From the NCBI GenBank assembly GCA_965222375.1, contig CBDCTZ010000005.1, positions 512,001 through 576,000 on the forward strand: a DNA stretch of 64,000 nucleotides, written 5' to 3'. The DNA comes from Polyangiaceae bacterium. GTDB lineage: Bacteria; Myxococcota_A; Polyangia; Polyangiales; Polyangiaceae. The position numbers were made by a program, and so were the translations under genes. The notes under the pieces were generated by a model. The model saw nothing but the letters and a program-made list of their open reading frames with translations. It was not told where the DNA came from and did no database searches. Positions 42,121 through 52,374 of this stretch are shown here, piece after piece (positions within the stretch are counted from its first letter, which is position 1; every line of letters begins with the position of its first letter).

Positions 42121-44407
42121 TCACTTTGGGGCTTCGAGTTGTAGCGAGGCCTTGAATTGAAGGTGTTCGGGGGGATTTTTCGGGTCAAAACCGAGGATCC
42201 CGGACAGGGTCTCCAGCGCTCCCTTTTCGTCGAAGCCCGCCAGCACAATCAGCGCTTGCACGACATCGCCGAGGACCAACTGTCCCGAGAGGCCCGCGTC
42301 TGAGTCCAGAGAGCTGGGCGCAGTCACGACAAGTTTTTGTGCGCGGACTTCCGCTGCCACTGCGGTACCTCCCGGCGCCACGATGGGTAGTAGCATCGTG
42401 AAGGGCTCTGTCAGCAGCGGTCCAGTGGCGCTCGCGAGTTTGGCGACGGTTACTCGGCTGAAATCGAGTTTGCCGTCGGGTCGCGTCTCGGGGACCAGAG
42501 CCAACTCTCCGACCACACGTGCAAGCCAAATTCGCGGGACCAAAGAGCCCAGGAGATCCCGCGCCAGTTGGCTGTCCGGCTCGCTGAGAACGAATCCGCC
42601 CTTCATCGAACGCGCGACAACGCTACTGCGGACGACGTTGCCGGATAGCGGCAAGGGCTGCCCGGCAACGTCCAGGGAACCACTGACGTCGTAGATCGCT
42701 TCTCCGGCGGCGTAGGAGTGAGTCGTAACTTTGGGGTCGACGCTGGTGCCGTCTCCCAGGTCGAGGACGCCGCTGAGTCCTTCGATGGATGGCCAGGCAA
42801 TGCTCAGATCCGTGCCCGGAGCCGCCAGCACCGGGTCGAGGATCAGCTCTGTCCCTGACGCCCCCTTCCCTTCGATGATCTCGAGCGCCGCCTGCTGCCG
42901 GTTGTTCCAGAAGGTGAGCAAGTGGGTCTTGGTGTGGACTCGATAGGGGTACGTTGTGCCGTTTTTCTCGCCAGTTTCTGGGGTGAGCCCTCCGCCGTAG
43001 AGCTGTGCTGCTGGGTATCGGTACTTGGCTCCGCGTCTCGCGATCACCTCTTTCGCGGCGGTGAGCGCGTCCTCAGCGCGGGCCAGCTTCTTCTTGGCGC
43101 GGATCACCGGATCCGGTGCGCTCGGATCTGCTTCTCATTTGAGTGTATCCTCGCGGAACGCGACAACGGCGTCGTAGAGCGCCTCCGCTTGGCGCACGCG
43201 TTCGCGGTTGATCTAGGTTCGAAAAATTCGGCGTCGCCTGGGAGCCGGTCGTGTGATTGTTGATCAACACGCGAAGATCGGGCCGTCGCTGTAGGACGCG
43301 CCGCCCGGCCCAGTTGATCCAGTCCACGGTTTCGAGGTCCGGCGTGACGGTGACCTCGGTGGGTCCGAAGTGGATTCCGAATTCGACGAGGTCCGGGCCC
43401 GCGTCCTCCAGACGCTGATCGACGTAGCTTTCGATCTGCTGTTTTGGAGGCACCGGCAAGTTCGGATCCACGACGGCGCTGGCCCCCTGCTGTTGGTTGT
43501 GAAGCGTGATGCCTGCGGTCGACGGCATGCCCAGGCGAATCCGCAACGCATCCAGCTCCTGGGCGCGGGCGACCTTTCGGGCCGCTGGCGCGATACCTCG
43601 GCCAGCGCCGCGGAAACGGTTACCTCGGTTTTTGACAATCCAGAGGTTGACGTTACGAGCCTCGTCGATTGGGTGCCGCGAATCACTGAAGCTCTCTAGG
43701 TGCTCTAGAGGGTGACTGCCGTGAAAGGTGAAGCTGCGTTGAGCGTAGTCGGGTTGGTACTGAGGCTCCGGGGCCCCACGAGAATCCACGCGCGCAAGGA
43801 CGGTGGGGGTGTTGGCGCGGGCCTGTACCTGCGCCGCGGGCAGTCGCGGGATGAACTCCTCTTCAGGATGAAAAAACCGCACGCCGAGCCGCCTCAGAAG
43901 CTCGTAGGCTGCGTAGCGTTTGCCCAAGGGCGTGGGCGCTGCCAGGAGCACCGTCGTGCCACCAATCCGGGCATCCAAGCGGTTTCGATAGCCTCCCGCG
44001 TGCTGGGCGGTGAGCACATAGCCATTCCCGGACAGGCCCGATGCACCTTGAACGGCCAGCGCTCGAGATCCAAAGAAGTCCGCATCGAGCACGATCGTCA
44101 GACCGGCGCGCTCTGCCTCGCTCAACGCCGCAATCCCATCAGCGCCCCCGCTGGCCTCGAGCTCGTGCAAGCTGGGGGCCGTACCGAGCAGTGAAGCGAG
44201 GTAGCTCGAAAGCTCACCAGCAACCTCTGACGTGGTGGGACTGGCGTCGGCTGGCACGATCAACGCGACTGCGCCCTGGTCGACACCAGCGTAGGGCTCG
44301 TCCTGACCGCAAGCGCAGAGTAAGAGGCTCAAGATCGTGACGATGACAGCCCAGAGACAGGAGTGTGCTGTCCTCGACGCAAGCACCGAGTTGTGCTCAA
44401 TTCTCAT
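42121..44407 (-). pseudogene. Disrupted large lipoprotein with glycoside-hydrolase-accessory-like N-terminal domain
   Basis: The N-part (LLLCAC lipobox; GYVL..LGKRYAAYELLRRLGVRFFHP) loses frame near 43212. The C-part frame reads INRERVRQAEALYDAVVAFREDTLK*EADPSAPDPVIRAKKK, with an in-frame TGA at 43135-43137. Confidence 0.65.
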
Positions 44408-45518
44408 CCGCAACGAGCTGTTCCCAGGCATTGAGCGAATCGCCCAATTTGCTCTCCACGAGGGTGCGAGTGCTCTGAAGGCTCTCGCCTTCGACCCCCG
44501 CGGCCTCTGCTTCGAGCAGCGCGCCCAGAGCAGCCACGAGCCGACCCCGTTGAGCGAAGGCCTCCGCCAAGAGGGGCCAGACCCGATCAGCATCCGCTCC
44601 CAGGTTCGCGGCGCGGCGGAGGGGTCCAATCGCCTCACCGTAGCGTTGGTCGAGCATCATGCTGGCCCCCAAGCGCGAGAAAATCTCGGGCGCGCTCGGG
44701 CCATCTCCGGCGTACTGCACCGCCAAGCGCAATACCTCCTCTCCCTTTTCCACCTCGCCAAGCTGAATACAGGCGCTACCCAGCGTACCGAGCCCTTTGG
44801 CAATCAATGCCTTGGTTTCACCACCCAGCAGTTGCCCTTCAGGCGTGCGTAGGAAAATCGCCAGAGGAGCCGGCCAGGTTCCGAGCAACTCCACGACTTG
44901 GACCCAGTCCCGCTGCTGTTCGGCGACCTCGGCCTCGGTCACGCGACCCAAGTCGATGGCACCCTTACCGCCACCGCGAGAAACCCGTTCGAGTTCTTCA
45001 CGCACGTGGGTGCGGATTCGAAATCGGAACTCGTCGACGTCGTAGGTTTCTTCGATACCGTCGTGGGTTAGCTCCAGGATGGCAGTGCCATCCGAGAGCG
45101 TCATGTGATGCAGGCTGTAGCCATACAACGGAGCCAGGAGCAAATAGCGGACGCCAACGAAGAGCTGCAGCGCTTCCGTGTCCGTTGCTCGCGTGGGGGC
45201 AAGGCCGGGTGGCTCGTCCGTGACCAGGGCGGCCACCAGCCGGCGACGGAAGTCTGCGAGAGTGAGGCGCTGCGTATCTCCGTCAGTCACCTCCATGTCA
45301 GGAGGCCCAACCACGAAGTCGACTAGGGTATGGTCGGGATTGCGTCGATCGACCGTGAGCGCCGTGATCCGAGCGCCAGTGATCATCGCGAAGGCGAAGA
45401 AGCGGGTGCCAATGATGTCGCAGAGCGCCTGGAAGCTGCCGATCCCCTCACCGATCCGCTCGAACCATCCGTCGGTCCGAATCGAATCAAGGGGGAATTC
45501 TAAGGGCTCGGATGGCAC
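44397..45518 (-). CDS. Hypothetical protein with C-terminal TPR-like repeats
   Basis: 373-aa ORF with natural composition; LGTLGSACIQLGEVEKGEEVLR and RYGEAIGPLRRA are TPR-like. Confidence 0.7.
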   Translation of the reverse strand: MPSEPLEFPLDSIRTDGWFERIGEGIGSFQALCDIIGTRFFAFAMITGARITALTVDRRNPDHTLVDFVVGPPDMEVTDGDTQRLTLADFRRRLVAALVTDEPPGLAPTRATDTEALQLFVGVRYLLLAPLYGYSLHHMTLSDGTAILELTHDGIEETYDVDEFRFRIRTHVREELERVSRGGGKGAIDLGRVTEAEVAEQQRDWVQVVELLGTWPAPLAIFLRTPEGQLLGGETKALIAKGLGTLGSACIQLGEVEKGEEVLRLAVQYAGDGPSAPEIFSRLGASMMLDQRYGEAIGPLRRAANLGADADRVWPLLAEAFAQRGRLVAALGALLEAEAAGVEGESLQSTRTLVESKLGDSLNAWEQLVADEN

Positions 45519-45559
45519 TGGAGTCCGAGCTTATCGCGGATTATCGCCGATAGCGATGC

Positions 45560-48500
45560 TCAGGAGGCGGCGGGAGTCTCCGAGGCAGGGTCCGGCGGAA
45601 AAACGAAGCGCGCTGCGCCCGCCACGCTGACGGAAGGGTCGGCGCAATACGCCCGCAACAGCGCGCGCCGTTCCTCGGTCCAGCCCCGCTCGCCAGCGCT
45701 CGCGCAAACCAGCCCCGCCAGCGCCACCCGGCGCACCGCCGGCAGCTCGCTAGATCTCAACCGCTTCTCCAGCGCCCACGGCCGCACACTCCGCGCGACC
45801 GCCGCCACTGCTGCCGTAATGACGTCGAAGTGAAGCAAGCCGCGCGCGCCCGCGGCGCAAATGTGGGAGGCGAGCTGCTCTTCATCGTAGACGGAGCCCG
45901 CGAGGTCCATGGCGCGCGCCGCAAGGTGGTCATCTGCGCCCAATTGCCGGGTGACGCTCCGCGCCAGCGTCACGACATGCGCGCAACTGTAAGGCCCAAT
46001 GCTCTGCACGAGCCCCCTCACGATGGGGTCGATTCGACGCGGCTCCTGACACAATCGTTGGGTGACTCGTTCGATGGCTTCCGAGTCTTCTGCCCTCATG
46101 CGCAACAGCACGGCTTGAAGGCCGGCCTGGGCTTCGTCGGGGCTCGGAGCGTCCACCCGCCGCAGACACGCACTGAAGAACGAACGCCCCTCGTCGCGAA
46201 CGGGCAACCCACCGGCGCGCCGCAGGAGGTCCATTCGGGCTTCGAGTTCCGGACGGTCGAGTACTCGTACCAGCAGCCCACACACCCGGGCATCAGCCAT
46301 TTCGTCCAAGCGCGTCAGGGGAACCGCAGCCAGGCGACTGGCCACCACCCAATCCGGATCCCGAACACCTTCTTCGAAGACCTGCCAGGTTGCGTCTTGC
46401 TGAAGATGGTCCCACAGGGCGCGATGCAGCGCGATCTTCACGTCCCGGTGCAGCTCGTCTCGCTGCAAAGCCAGGAGCTGCTCGAACCCCTGGCGGCCCC
46501 CCAATTCCCCGAGCAGTCGGACCACCTCTTTCGCGACGGTCACCTGCTTCATGGGTACTTGGCGCAGGTAGCTGACGGTCTGACTCTGCGACATCTCGCG
46601 AAAGGATTGGCGCAAGGCGTAGATGGCGTGGCGCGCGCGGTCGTCCCCGAGGCATTCCACCAATACGGGCACGCCGCTGCCATCATCTATGTGGGACAGC
46701 GCTCGTACTGCGATCTCACGCACGGGCGGCCTCGGGTCACTGGCGTACTTGATCAGCACGTCCGAGGGCGCAAAGCCGAGTCGAGCCAGCCCAACCAGCC
46801 CGAGGCGCAAAGTGGGCACGTCGCGCTTCTTGTCTCTCAAAAGCGAGTGGAGAGCCGCGGCCTGTAATTCGTGTTGGCGCGACGACCACGTACCGAGCCC
46901 GCTCGAAAAGTGCACGACCCAACTCGAGCGGCCGGAGGCGAAGCGGCCGCGCATCTTGCGCTTCACCAGAAAAGGGTCCAGCACGTCTTGGCGACGAGTA
47001 CTCACGTGCTGCGCCACGGAAGGCACCAAGATCGTGCTCGGGTCAGCCTCGAGCAGCTCGACTGCAACCTCTGTGAATCGCTTGGGCGCGTGCCGCCGCA
47101 ACAACTCGAGGGCAGCCGTCGCCACGTGCACGAATGGCTGCTCTGTGGCCAGACGCTCGAGGGCGGCGAGCAGCGCAGGCACCAACGCGAGACGCTTCCC
47201 GAAGGAACGCGCCAACCAGAGCAATGCGCCGGCCCGCTCGCGCTTGGCCCAGGCTGAGCAGAGGGGCTCGATTGCGGGGGCCAAGGCCGCGACTTGTCCG
47301 GGAGTGAGCCCGTCTACGAGCCCCAGCATGGAAGGCATGCCGCGTACCGCTAGAAGACGCGTGAGCCAGTCTGCAGCCCAGACCGCGTCGATACGGAACA
47401 GCCGAACCACCAGGCGTTCCATCGCGGCTGACGTCTCGTAGGAGAGGTCCTGAGCATCAATTGCATGCTGGAACACTTCCCCGAGCGCGGGCAGCTTGTC
47501 TTTGTCGAAACACCGCGTTGGCAATTCAGCCAGCGCGCAGAGCATGGCCATCCGCACTGGGTCCTGCTCGAATCGACGCTTCTGGGCTGCCTCGAGGACG
47601 GCCGCCAGCTGGCCACGGTGGTAGGCCGGAGTGGCGAACAGCGCGCGAACGGCCGAGCCGCGCGTCTCGCCTTCCGGATGCCCCAACCGGTCTTCGAGTT
47701 CGGACTGAGCGCGCTCGAAGGGCAGGAACTGCGCGTAGGCCATGCGCGCTTCGGGACGCGCGGCGAGAGCCTGCACCTCATCGAGATGCCGCTGTGCTTC
47801 CAACACCCGCAGATCTCGAGGCAACGCTTTGAGCTGCTCTGGCATGATGATGCCGTCCGCGTTCTGGGCCGCAGCGGTCCACCGCCGGTAGGCGCGCTCC
47901 CGGCGCGAGTCGGTCTCCGGCACGTGGCGAAACAAGAACCCACCCCAAGAGCCGCGGCCGTGGTCGAGCCACGTATCCACCACCAACACTCGCTGGGCTT
48001 CGGACAGGCGCAGGAACCAGCGGCGCGCACGCAGACCGTCCGTCAACGTGCCAAAGCCATGGGTGATGAGATAGGCCAGCTGCTCCGAGTCGAGTCGATG
48101 CACTCGGGAGTCGAAACGCACGGCGCCAAAGGGCCCCGGGGGAGCAACCGGGCGCATGGACTGGTGCAGTGACTTCAGAACTTCGAAGGTCGGCCCAGGA
48201 GCACGGCGCAGCAGTTCCTGCAGGGGCTGCGAGAGCCAGTGCTTTGGGTCGGAGCCCGCACTCAGGAGCCGATGCACCAATTCGAGTGCAACCTCAGGAT
48301 GCTGTCGACAAAGGGACGGCAAGGCAAGTTGGAGCAGCCAGCGCTGCCGGGGGTCCAGGTCGGCGGAGCCTGGGTCGAGCAGCTCCTTCGCCAATCTCGG
48401 ATGCCGCAGCGCAAGCCGTGACCAGCCCGCTGGCGACAACCGTCCGGAATCGGCCTTCAAGGCTTCTTCAACGACTTCGCGGGAAGCGAACGCGAGCAGA

Positions 48501-48940
48501 TCGAGGGTGGCGTTGCTGACCTCCGACCCAGCGAGCTCTGACTCGAAGAACCGATCCAAGGCGGCGCAGCGCCCGGCACGATGCAGCAGTGCAACCATCC
48601 GCGCGCGGACGAACGTTCCGTCCGTTTGCCGCAGCGCCGTGACGACTTGGTCATCGCTGCAAGCCCCGGCGACGAGCTTCTGCGCGCGCCGACGCACGGT
48701 CCGCGACGGATCTCGCAAGGCACGAAGCACAAGCTCACCATCGCCACTGCCAAACACCGTGGCCAGAGCAAGGCAGCGGGCATAACTGTCTTCAGAGCCC
48801 CAGGCAGCACCAATCAACTTCCGGGCTTCCGCATCCCCAGCGCGGGCGCGCTTGCCGAGCTGAACCAGACTCTGCATCCGCACGACGTGCCGACTTGCGT
48901 CCAGCTCTCGCCACCAGGCGTCACTTTTCGCGCTGTTCAT
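45560..48940 (-). CDS. Large HEAT/ARM-repeat protein
   Basis: About 1126 aa, Leu/Ala/Arg-rich helical, with repeated LRDPSRTVRRRA, SDPRPPVREIA, RDPDWVVA, ADPSVSVA. Confidence 0.75.
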   Translation of the reverse strand: MNSAKSDAWWRELDASRHVVRMQSLVQLGKRARAGDAEARKLIGAAWGSEDSYARCLALATVFGSGDGELVLRALRDPSRTVRRRAQKLVAGACSDDQVVTALRQTDGTFVRARMVALLHRAGRCAALDRFFESELAGSEVSNATLDLLAFASREVVEEALKADSGRLSPAGWSRLALRHPRLAKELLDPGSADLDPRQRWLLQLALPSLCRQHPEVALELVHRLLSAGSDPKHWLSQPLQELLRRAPGPTFEVLKSLHQSMRPVAPPGPFGAVRFDSRVHRLDSEQLAYLITHGFGTLTDGLRARRWFLRLSEAQRVLVVDTWLDHGRGSWGGFLFRHVPETDSRRERAYRRWTAAAQNADGIIMPEQLKALPRDLRVLEAQRHLDEVQALAARPEARMAYAQFLPFERAQSELEDRLGHPEGETRGSAVRALFATPAYHRGQLAAVLEAAQKRRFEQDPVRMAMLCALAELPTRCFDKDKLPALGEVFQHAIDAQDLSYETSAAMERLVVRLFRIDAVWAADWLTRLLAVRGMPSMLGLVDGLTPGQVAALAPAIEPLCSAWAKRERAGALLWLARSFGKRLALVPALLAALERLATEQPFVHVATAALELLRRHAPKRFTEVAVELLEADPSTILVPSVAQHVSTRRQDVLDPFLVKRKMRGRFASGRSSWVVHFSSGLGTWSSRQHELQAAALHSLLRDKKRDVPTLRLGLVGLARLGFAPSDVLIKYASDPRPPVREIAVRALSHIDDGSGVPVLVECLGDDRARHAIYALRQSFREMSQSQTVSYLRQVPMKQVTVAKEVVRLLGELGGRQGFEQLLALQRDELHRDVKIALHRALWDHLQQDATWQVFEEGVRDPDWVVASRLAAVPLTRLDEMADARVCGLLVRVLDRPELEARMDLLRRAGGLPVRDEGRSFFSACLRRVDAPSPDEAQAGLQAVLLRMRAEDSEAIERVTQRLCQEPRRIDPIVRGLVQSIGPYSCAHVVTLARSVTRQLGADDHLAARAMDLAGSVYDEEQLASHICAAGARGLLHFDVITAAVAAVARSVRPWALEKRLRSSELPAVRRVALAGLVCASAGERGWTEERRALLRAYCADPSVSVAGAARFVFPPDPASETPAAS

Positions 48941-49036
48941 GCGCTGCCGACGATACCCGCAGGGCGTCCTCGCGTCGATTGAGAGCGCTTGCGTGTTTTT
49001 TTGTGTACGCTGGCCGTGACAGCGGCGATCTATGCA

Positions 49037-49879
49037 ATGAAAGTCCACCATCTCAACTGCGCCACGATGTGTCCCTATGGCGGCCGATTACTTTCGGGCA
49101 CAGGAAGCCTGACATCCGCCTCGCAAATGATCTGTCACGTGCTCCTGATCGAGACCGAGCAGGGGCTGGTCCTGGTCGACTCTGGCCTCGGTCTAGACGA
49201 TCTTCGAGAGCCCAACGCACGTTTGGGGCGACGTTGGACAACACTCGCGCGGCCCGTTCTCGACGAAGACGAAACTGCCGCGCGCCGGGTCGAAGAGCTG
49301 GGGTTTTCCCGGGACGATGTCCGGCACATCGTACTCACCCACCTGGACCTGGACCATGCGGGCGGCTTGCCCGACTTCCCCAAGGCCACCGTGCACCTGC
49401 ACGCCGCCGAGCACGACGCGATGCTAGAGAAACAAACCCCTCTGGAGCGGTCGCGCTATCGCCACGGCCATTGGGCACACGAACCCAGCTTCGAAACCTA
49501 TCGCCCGGAAGGCGAACCCTGGTTCGGGTTCGAGGCGGTGCGGGACTTGCGTGGACTACCTCCAGAAATCTTGATCATTCCACTGTTCGGACACACCCGT
49601 GGCCACAGTGGGGTCGCGGTAAAGACAGATTCGGGGTTCTTGCTGCACGCCGGAGATGCCTACTTTCATCGCAGCGAGATGGACCCAGACGAACGGCGCT
49701 GTCCGCCGATACTGGACGTGTTCCAACGCATTACCGAAATCGACAGCACTGCCCGGCGCAAGAACCAGGAGCGCCTGCGCCTCCTGTGTCGTGAAAACCG
49801 GGGCAGTGTGCGGGTGTTTTGCGCTCACGACCCGGTGGAACTCGAACGCTGCCAAGAGCGTGCCGGGCGCGACGCATGA
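49037..49879 (+). CDS. Metallo-beta-lactamase-fold hydrolase
   Basis: LVDSG, THLDLDHAGG, GHTRGH, HAGDA, FCAHD. Confidence 0.92.
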   Translation: MKVHHLNCATMCPYGGRLLSGTGSLTSASQMICHVLLIETEQGLVLVDSGLGLDDLREPNARLGRRWTTLARPVLDEDETAARRVEELGFSRDDVRHIVLTHLDLDHAGGLPDFPKATVHLHAAEHDAMLEKQTPLERSRYRHGHWAHEPSFETYRPEGEPWFGFEAVRDLRGLPPEILIIPLFGHTRGHSGVAVKTDSGFLLHAGDAYFHRSEMDPDERRCPPILDVFQRITEIDSTARRKNQERLRLLCRENRGSVRVFCAHDPVELERCQERAGRDA

Positions 49880-50262
49880 ACCCCGCCGACCCGGGCGAGT
49901 GGCTTGCGGGAGGCTGCCACTGCGGGAGGGTGCGCTTCCGCGCACGGGGGCCCGAGCGCACGGCCCTGAATTGCAATTGCTCCATCTGCCTCAAGAAGGG
50001 CTTCTTGCATTGGATCGTGCCACCCAAGGACTTCGAACTCCAGCGGGACAGCGAGGCCTTGACCAGCTATCGCTTCAACACGGGCGTTGCAGACCACACG
50101 TTTTGCAGTGTGTGTGGCATCCATGCCTTCTACCGTCCTCGTTCACACCCGAAACACTTCGATGTGAACGTGAATTGCTTGGACGGAGACGCCAAAGCGT
50201 CTTTCGCGGTTCGAGACTTCGATGGCGAAAACTGGGAAGACCACGTCGAAGACATCCGCTAA
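49876..50262 (+). CDS. GFA / CENP-V family zinc protein
   Basis: GGCHCGRVRF, CNCSIC, FCSVCGIH, VNVNCLD. Confidence 0.92.
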   Translation: MNPADPGEWLAGGCHCGRVRFRARGPERTALNCNCSICLKKGFLHWIVPPKDFELQRDSEALTSYRFNTGVADHTFCSVCGIHAFYRPRSHPKHFDVNVNCLDGDAKASFAVRDFDGENWEDHVEDIR

Positions 50263-51334
50263 CCCGCAGCGGTTGCGCCAGTTGCGTCGTCAACTGCTGG
50301 GTTGGTTCGCGCGCGCGTCCCGGGAGCTCCCCTGGCGAAAAGCAACCGACGCCTACGCGATTTGGGTCAGTGAAGCGATGCTGCAGCAGACCCAAGTCGA
50401 AACCGTGAAGCCCTATTTCGAGCGCTGGATGCAGCAGTTCCCCAACTTGCGGATCCTGGCTGAGGCGAGCGAAGCGGATGTGCTGCGCGCCTGGCAAGGC
50501 CTTGGCTACTACTCCCGAGCACGCAACCTCCGCAAGGCTGCGATCTGCGTGGTTCGCGACCACGGCGGGCAACTCCCGCGCACGCCCGCGGACCTACGTC
50601 TTCTTCCGGGCATTGGCCCCTACACCGCGGGTGCAATTGCCAGCATCGCCTTCGGAGAGCGCGCAGCGCTGGTGGACGGGAACGTCAACCGCGTGTTGTC
50701 ACGGATCTTCGCCGTGGAAGGCTACGTGGGCACACCCCGTCATGACCGGAAGGTCTGGCGCTTGGCCGAGGAGCTGGTTCCTGAAACGAGGCCGGGGGAT
50801 TTTAATCAAGCTTTGATGGAACTCGGGGCGTTGATCTGCAAACCGGTCTCGCCGAAGTGCCCAGCTTGTCCGCTGCAGGCGGGTTGCCACTCCAACTCTG
50901 CGGAGCGTGCTTCGCGTTGGGGGCGCAAGCCGCCACGGAAGAAAGCTACGCTGGTGAACATGGCAGCGGCGATTATCTCGCACCGTGGACGTGTGCTGGT
51001 GGTGCAGCAACCGAAGGATGCAGCGCGCTGGGCTGGCATGTGGCAGTTTCCTTGCGTCGAACTCGAGGCAAGCGAAGGCGTCGAATCCGGAGCCCGTCGA
51101 GCCGCTCGAGCTTGGGTCGACCTCGAAGTGACGGCCCGCCGTCCCCTGCCACCGGTGGTCCACAGCGTCACCCGCTACCGGATCACCCTGACACCGGTGG
51201 AGTGCCGGACGCGACGAGTCAAACTCCGCCCCAAAGGACGGACAGCCGCCTGCTGGCTATCGGCCGAGCAGCTCGAGGACCGGGCCATGCCGGCAGCCCA
51301 TGCCCGAATCCGTAGTCGCTTGCTCGCGTGCTAG
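50222..51334 (+). CDS. mutY: A/G-specific adenine DNA glycosylase
   Basis: WVSEAMLQQTQV, WQGLGYYSRARNL, LPGIGPYTAGA, VDGNV, CKPVSPKCPACPLQAGC, NUDIX-like tail. Confidence 0.96.
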   Translation: MAKTGKTTSKTSANPQRLRQLRRQLLGWFARASRELPWRKATDAYAIWVSEAMLQQTQVETVKPYFERWMQQFPNLRILAEASEADVLRAWQGLGYYSRARNLRKAAICVVRDHGGQLPRTPADLRLLPGIGPYTAGAIASIAFGERAALVDGNVNRVLSRIFAVEGYVGTPRHDRKVWRLAEELVPETRPGDFNQALMELGALICKPVSPKCPACPLQAGCHSNSAERASRWGRKPPRKKATLVNMAAAIISHRGRVLVVQQPKDAARWAGMWQFPCVELEASEGVESGARRAARAWVDLEVTARRPLPPVVHSVTRYRITLTPVECRTRRVKLRPKGRTAACWLSAEQLEDRAMPAAHARIRSRLLAC

Positions 51335-51370
51335 TTTGTTTGGGGTCGAGCGCTGCTGCCCGCGATTGCC

Positions 51371-52309
51371 CTAATCTCTCGCTTTCTCCCCAGGGGCCAC
51401 CCCGGCGTCCCCCGCCTGGCTACGCCGCAGTGCGGCTCGCAATCCCGGGACGACGTGGGCCGCAATCGTCACTCCGCAGACGATGACGGCGCCAGCAACC
51501 AGGGTACGCAGCGTGGGCAGGTCGTCAAACAAGATGTAGCTGGCCACGGAAGCGATCACGGGCTGCAGGTAGACATAGACGGCCACAAGTGAGCTTTCCA
51601 CGTTCCTCAATGCATAGGCATTCAGGGTGTACGTGACGAGCGTCGCACCGATGAGAATAAAGGCGAGGGATCCGTAAGCCCAACCCGGCAGCGACAGCCA
51701 CGCGACCTCTGTCATGGGCCCGAGAGTCAGCGGCAATGCCTCAACCGCTCCGAACACGAACACCCACGCGATCGTGTTGAGGGCGCCCAGCCGGGCGATG
51801 ACCGGGCGCGCCAGGACTAGAAAGAGCGCGTACACACAGGCGTTGGTCACCAGCATCAGGTTGCCGACGACGCGCCGGCTACCGAGATCGAATTGCTCTA
51901 CCTCCAAGAAGATGGCCGCACCAAAAAGCGCCAGGCCGACGCCGAGAATGCGCCGGCGGTTGAGCCGTTCGTGCCCCAAGGCGGCAGCTACAACCATACT
52001 CACCGCGGGGACCAACAATATGGAGAGCGCCGCGTTGATGGGACCAGCGCGATACAGCCCTTCGGCGAACAAAAGCTGGTTGATGCTGATTCCTAGAGCA
52101 GCCAGCGCAGCCAAGCGCAGCAGATCCCCACGCGAAGGCAGTTGCCTAAACAACAGCCCGGCGGCCAGCGCGAGCAAGGGCGCGCCAAGGGTCAGACGGA
52201 ATCCGATCAGCGCCGGCGGTGGCATGTGCCGGAATACGGCCGCCCCCGCCACCGGCCACAGGCCAAAGAGCAATTGCACCGTGAGCAGCGAGAGATGAAC
52301 CCGAAGCAT
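51371..52309 (-). CDS. DMT/EamA-family transporter
   Basis: About 10 hydrophobic segments, LGHERL..ILG and YLQPVIA motifs. Confidence 0.88.
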   Translation of the reverse strand: MLRVHLSLLTVQLLFGLWPVAGAAVFRHMPPPALIGFRLTLGAPLLALAAGLLFRQLPSRGDLLRLAALAALGISINQLLFAEGLYRAGPINAALSILLVPAVSMVVAAALGHERLNRRRILGVGLALFGAAIFLEVEQFDLGSRRVVGNLMLVTNACVYALFLVLARPVIARLGALNTIAWVFVFGAVEALPLTLGPMTEVAWLSLPGWAYGSLAFILIGATLVTYTLNAYALRNVESSLVAVYVYLQPVIASVASYILFDDLPTLRTLVAGAVIVCGVTIAAHVVPGLRAALRRSQAGDAGVAPGEKARD

Positions 52310-52374
52310 GTTGGTTGCGTTTCGACGGGTGGCGACTGTCGCCGGCGAGCGGACCATGGACTATAAGACCGGCG

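Noticed and set aside
43100..43137. In-frame TGA followed by a GATCCG/CGGATC hairpin as selenocysteine or readthrough
   Set aside because: The codon lies in a non-redox linker context and the frame is already broken upstream; a nonsense change or sequence error is simpler.
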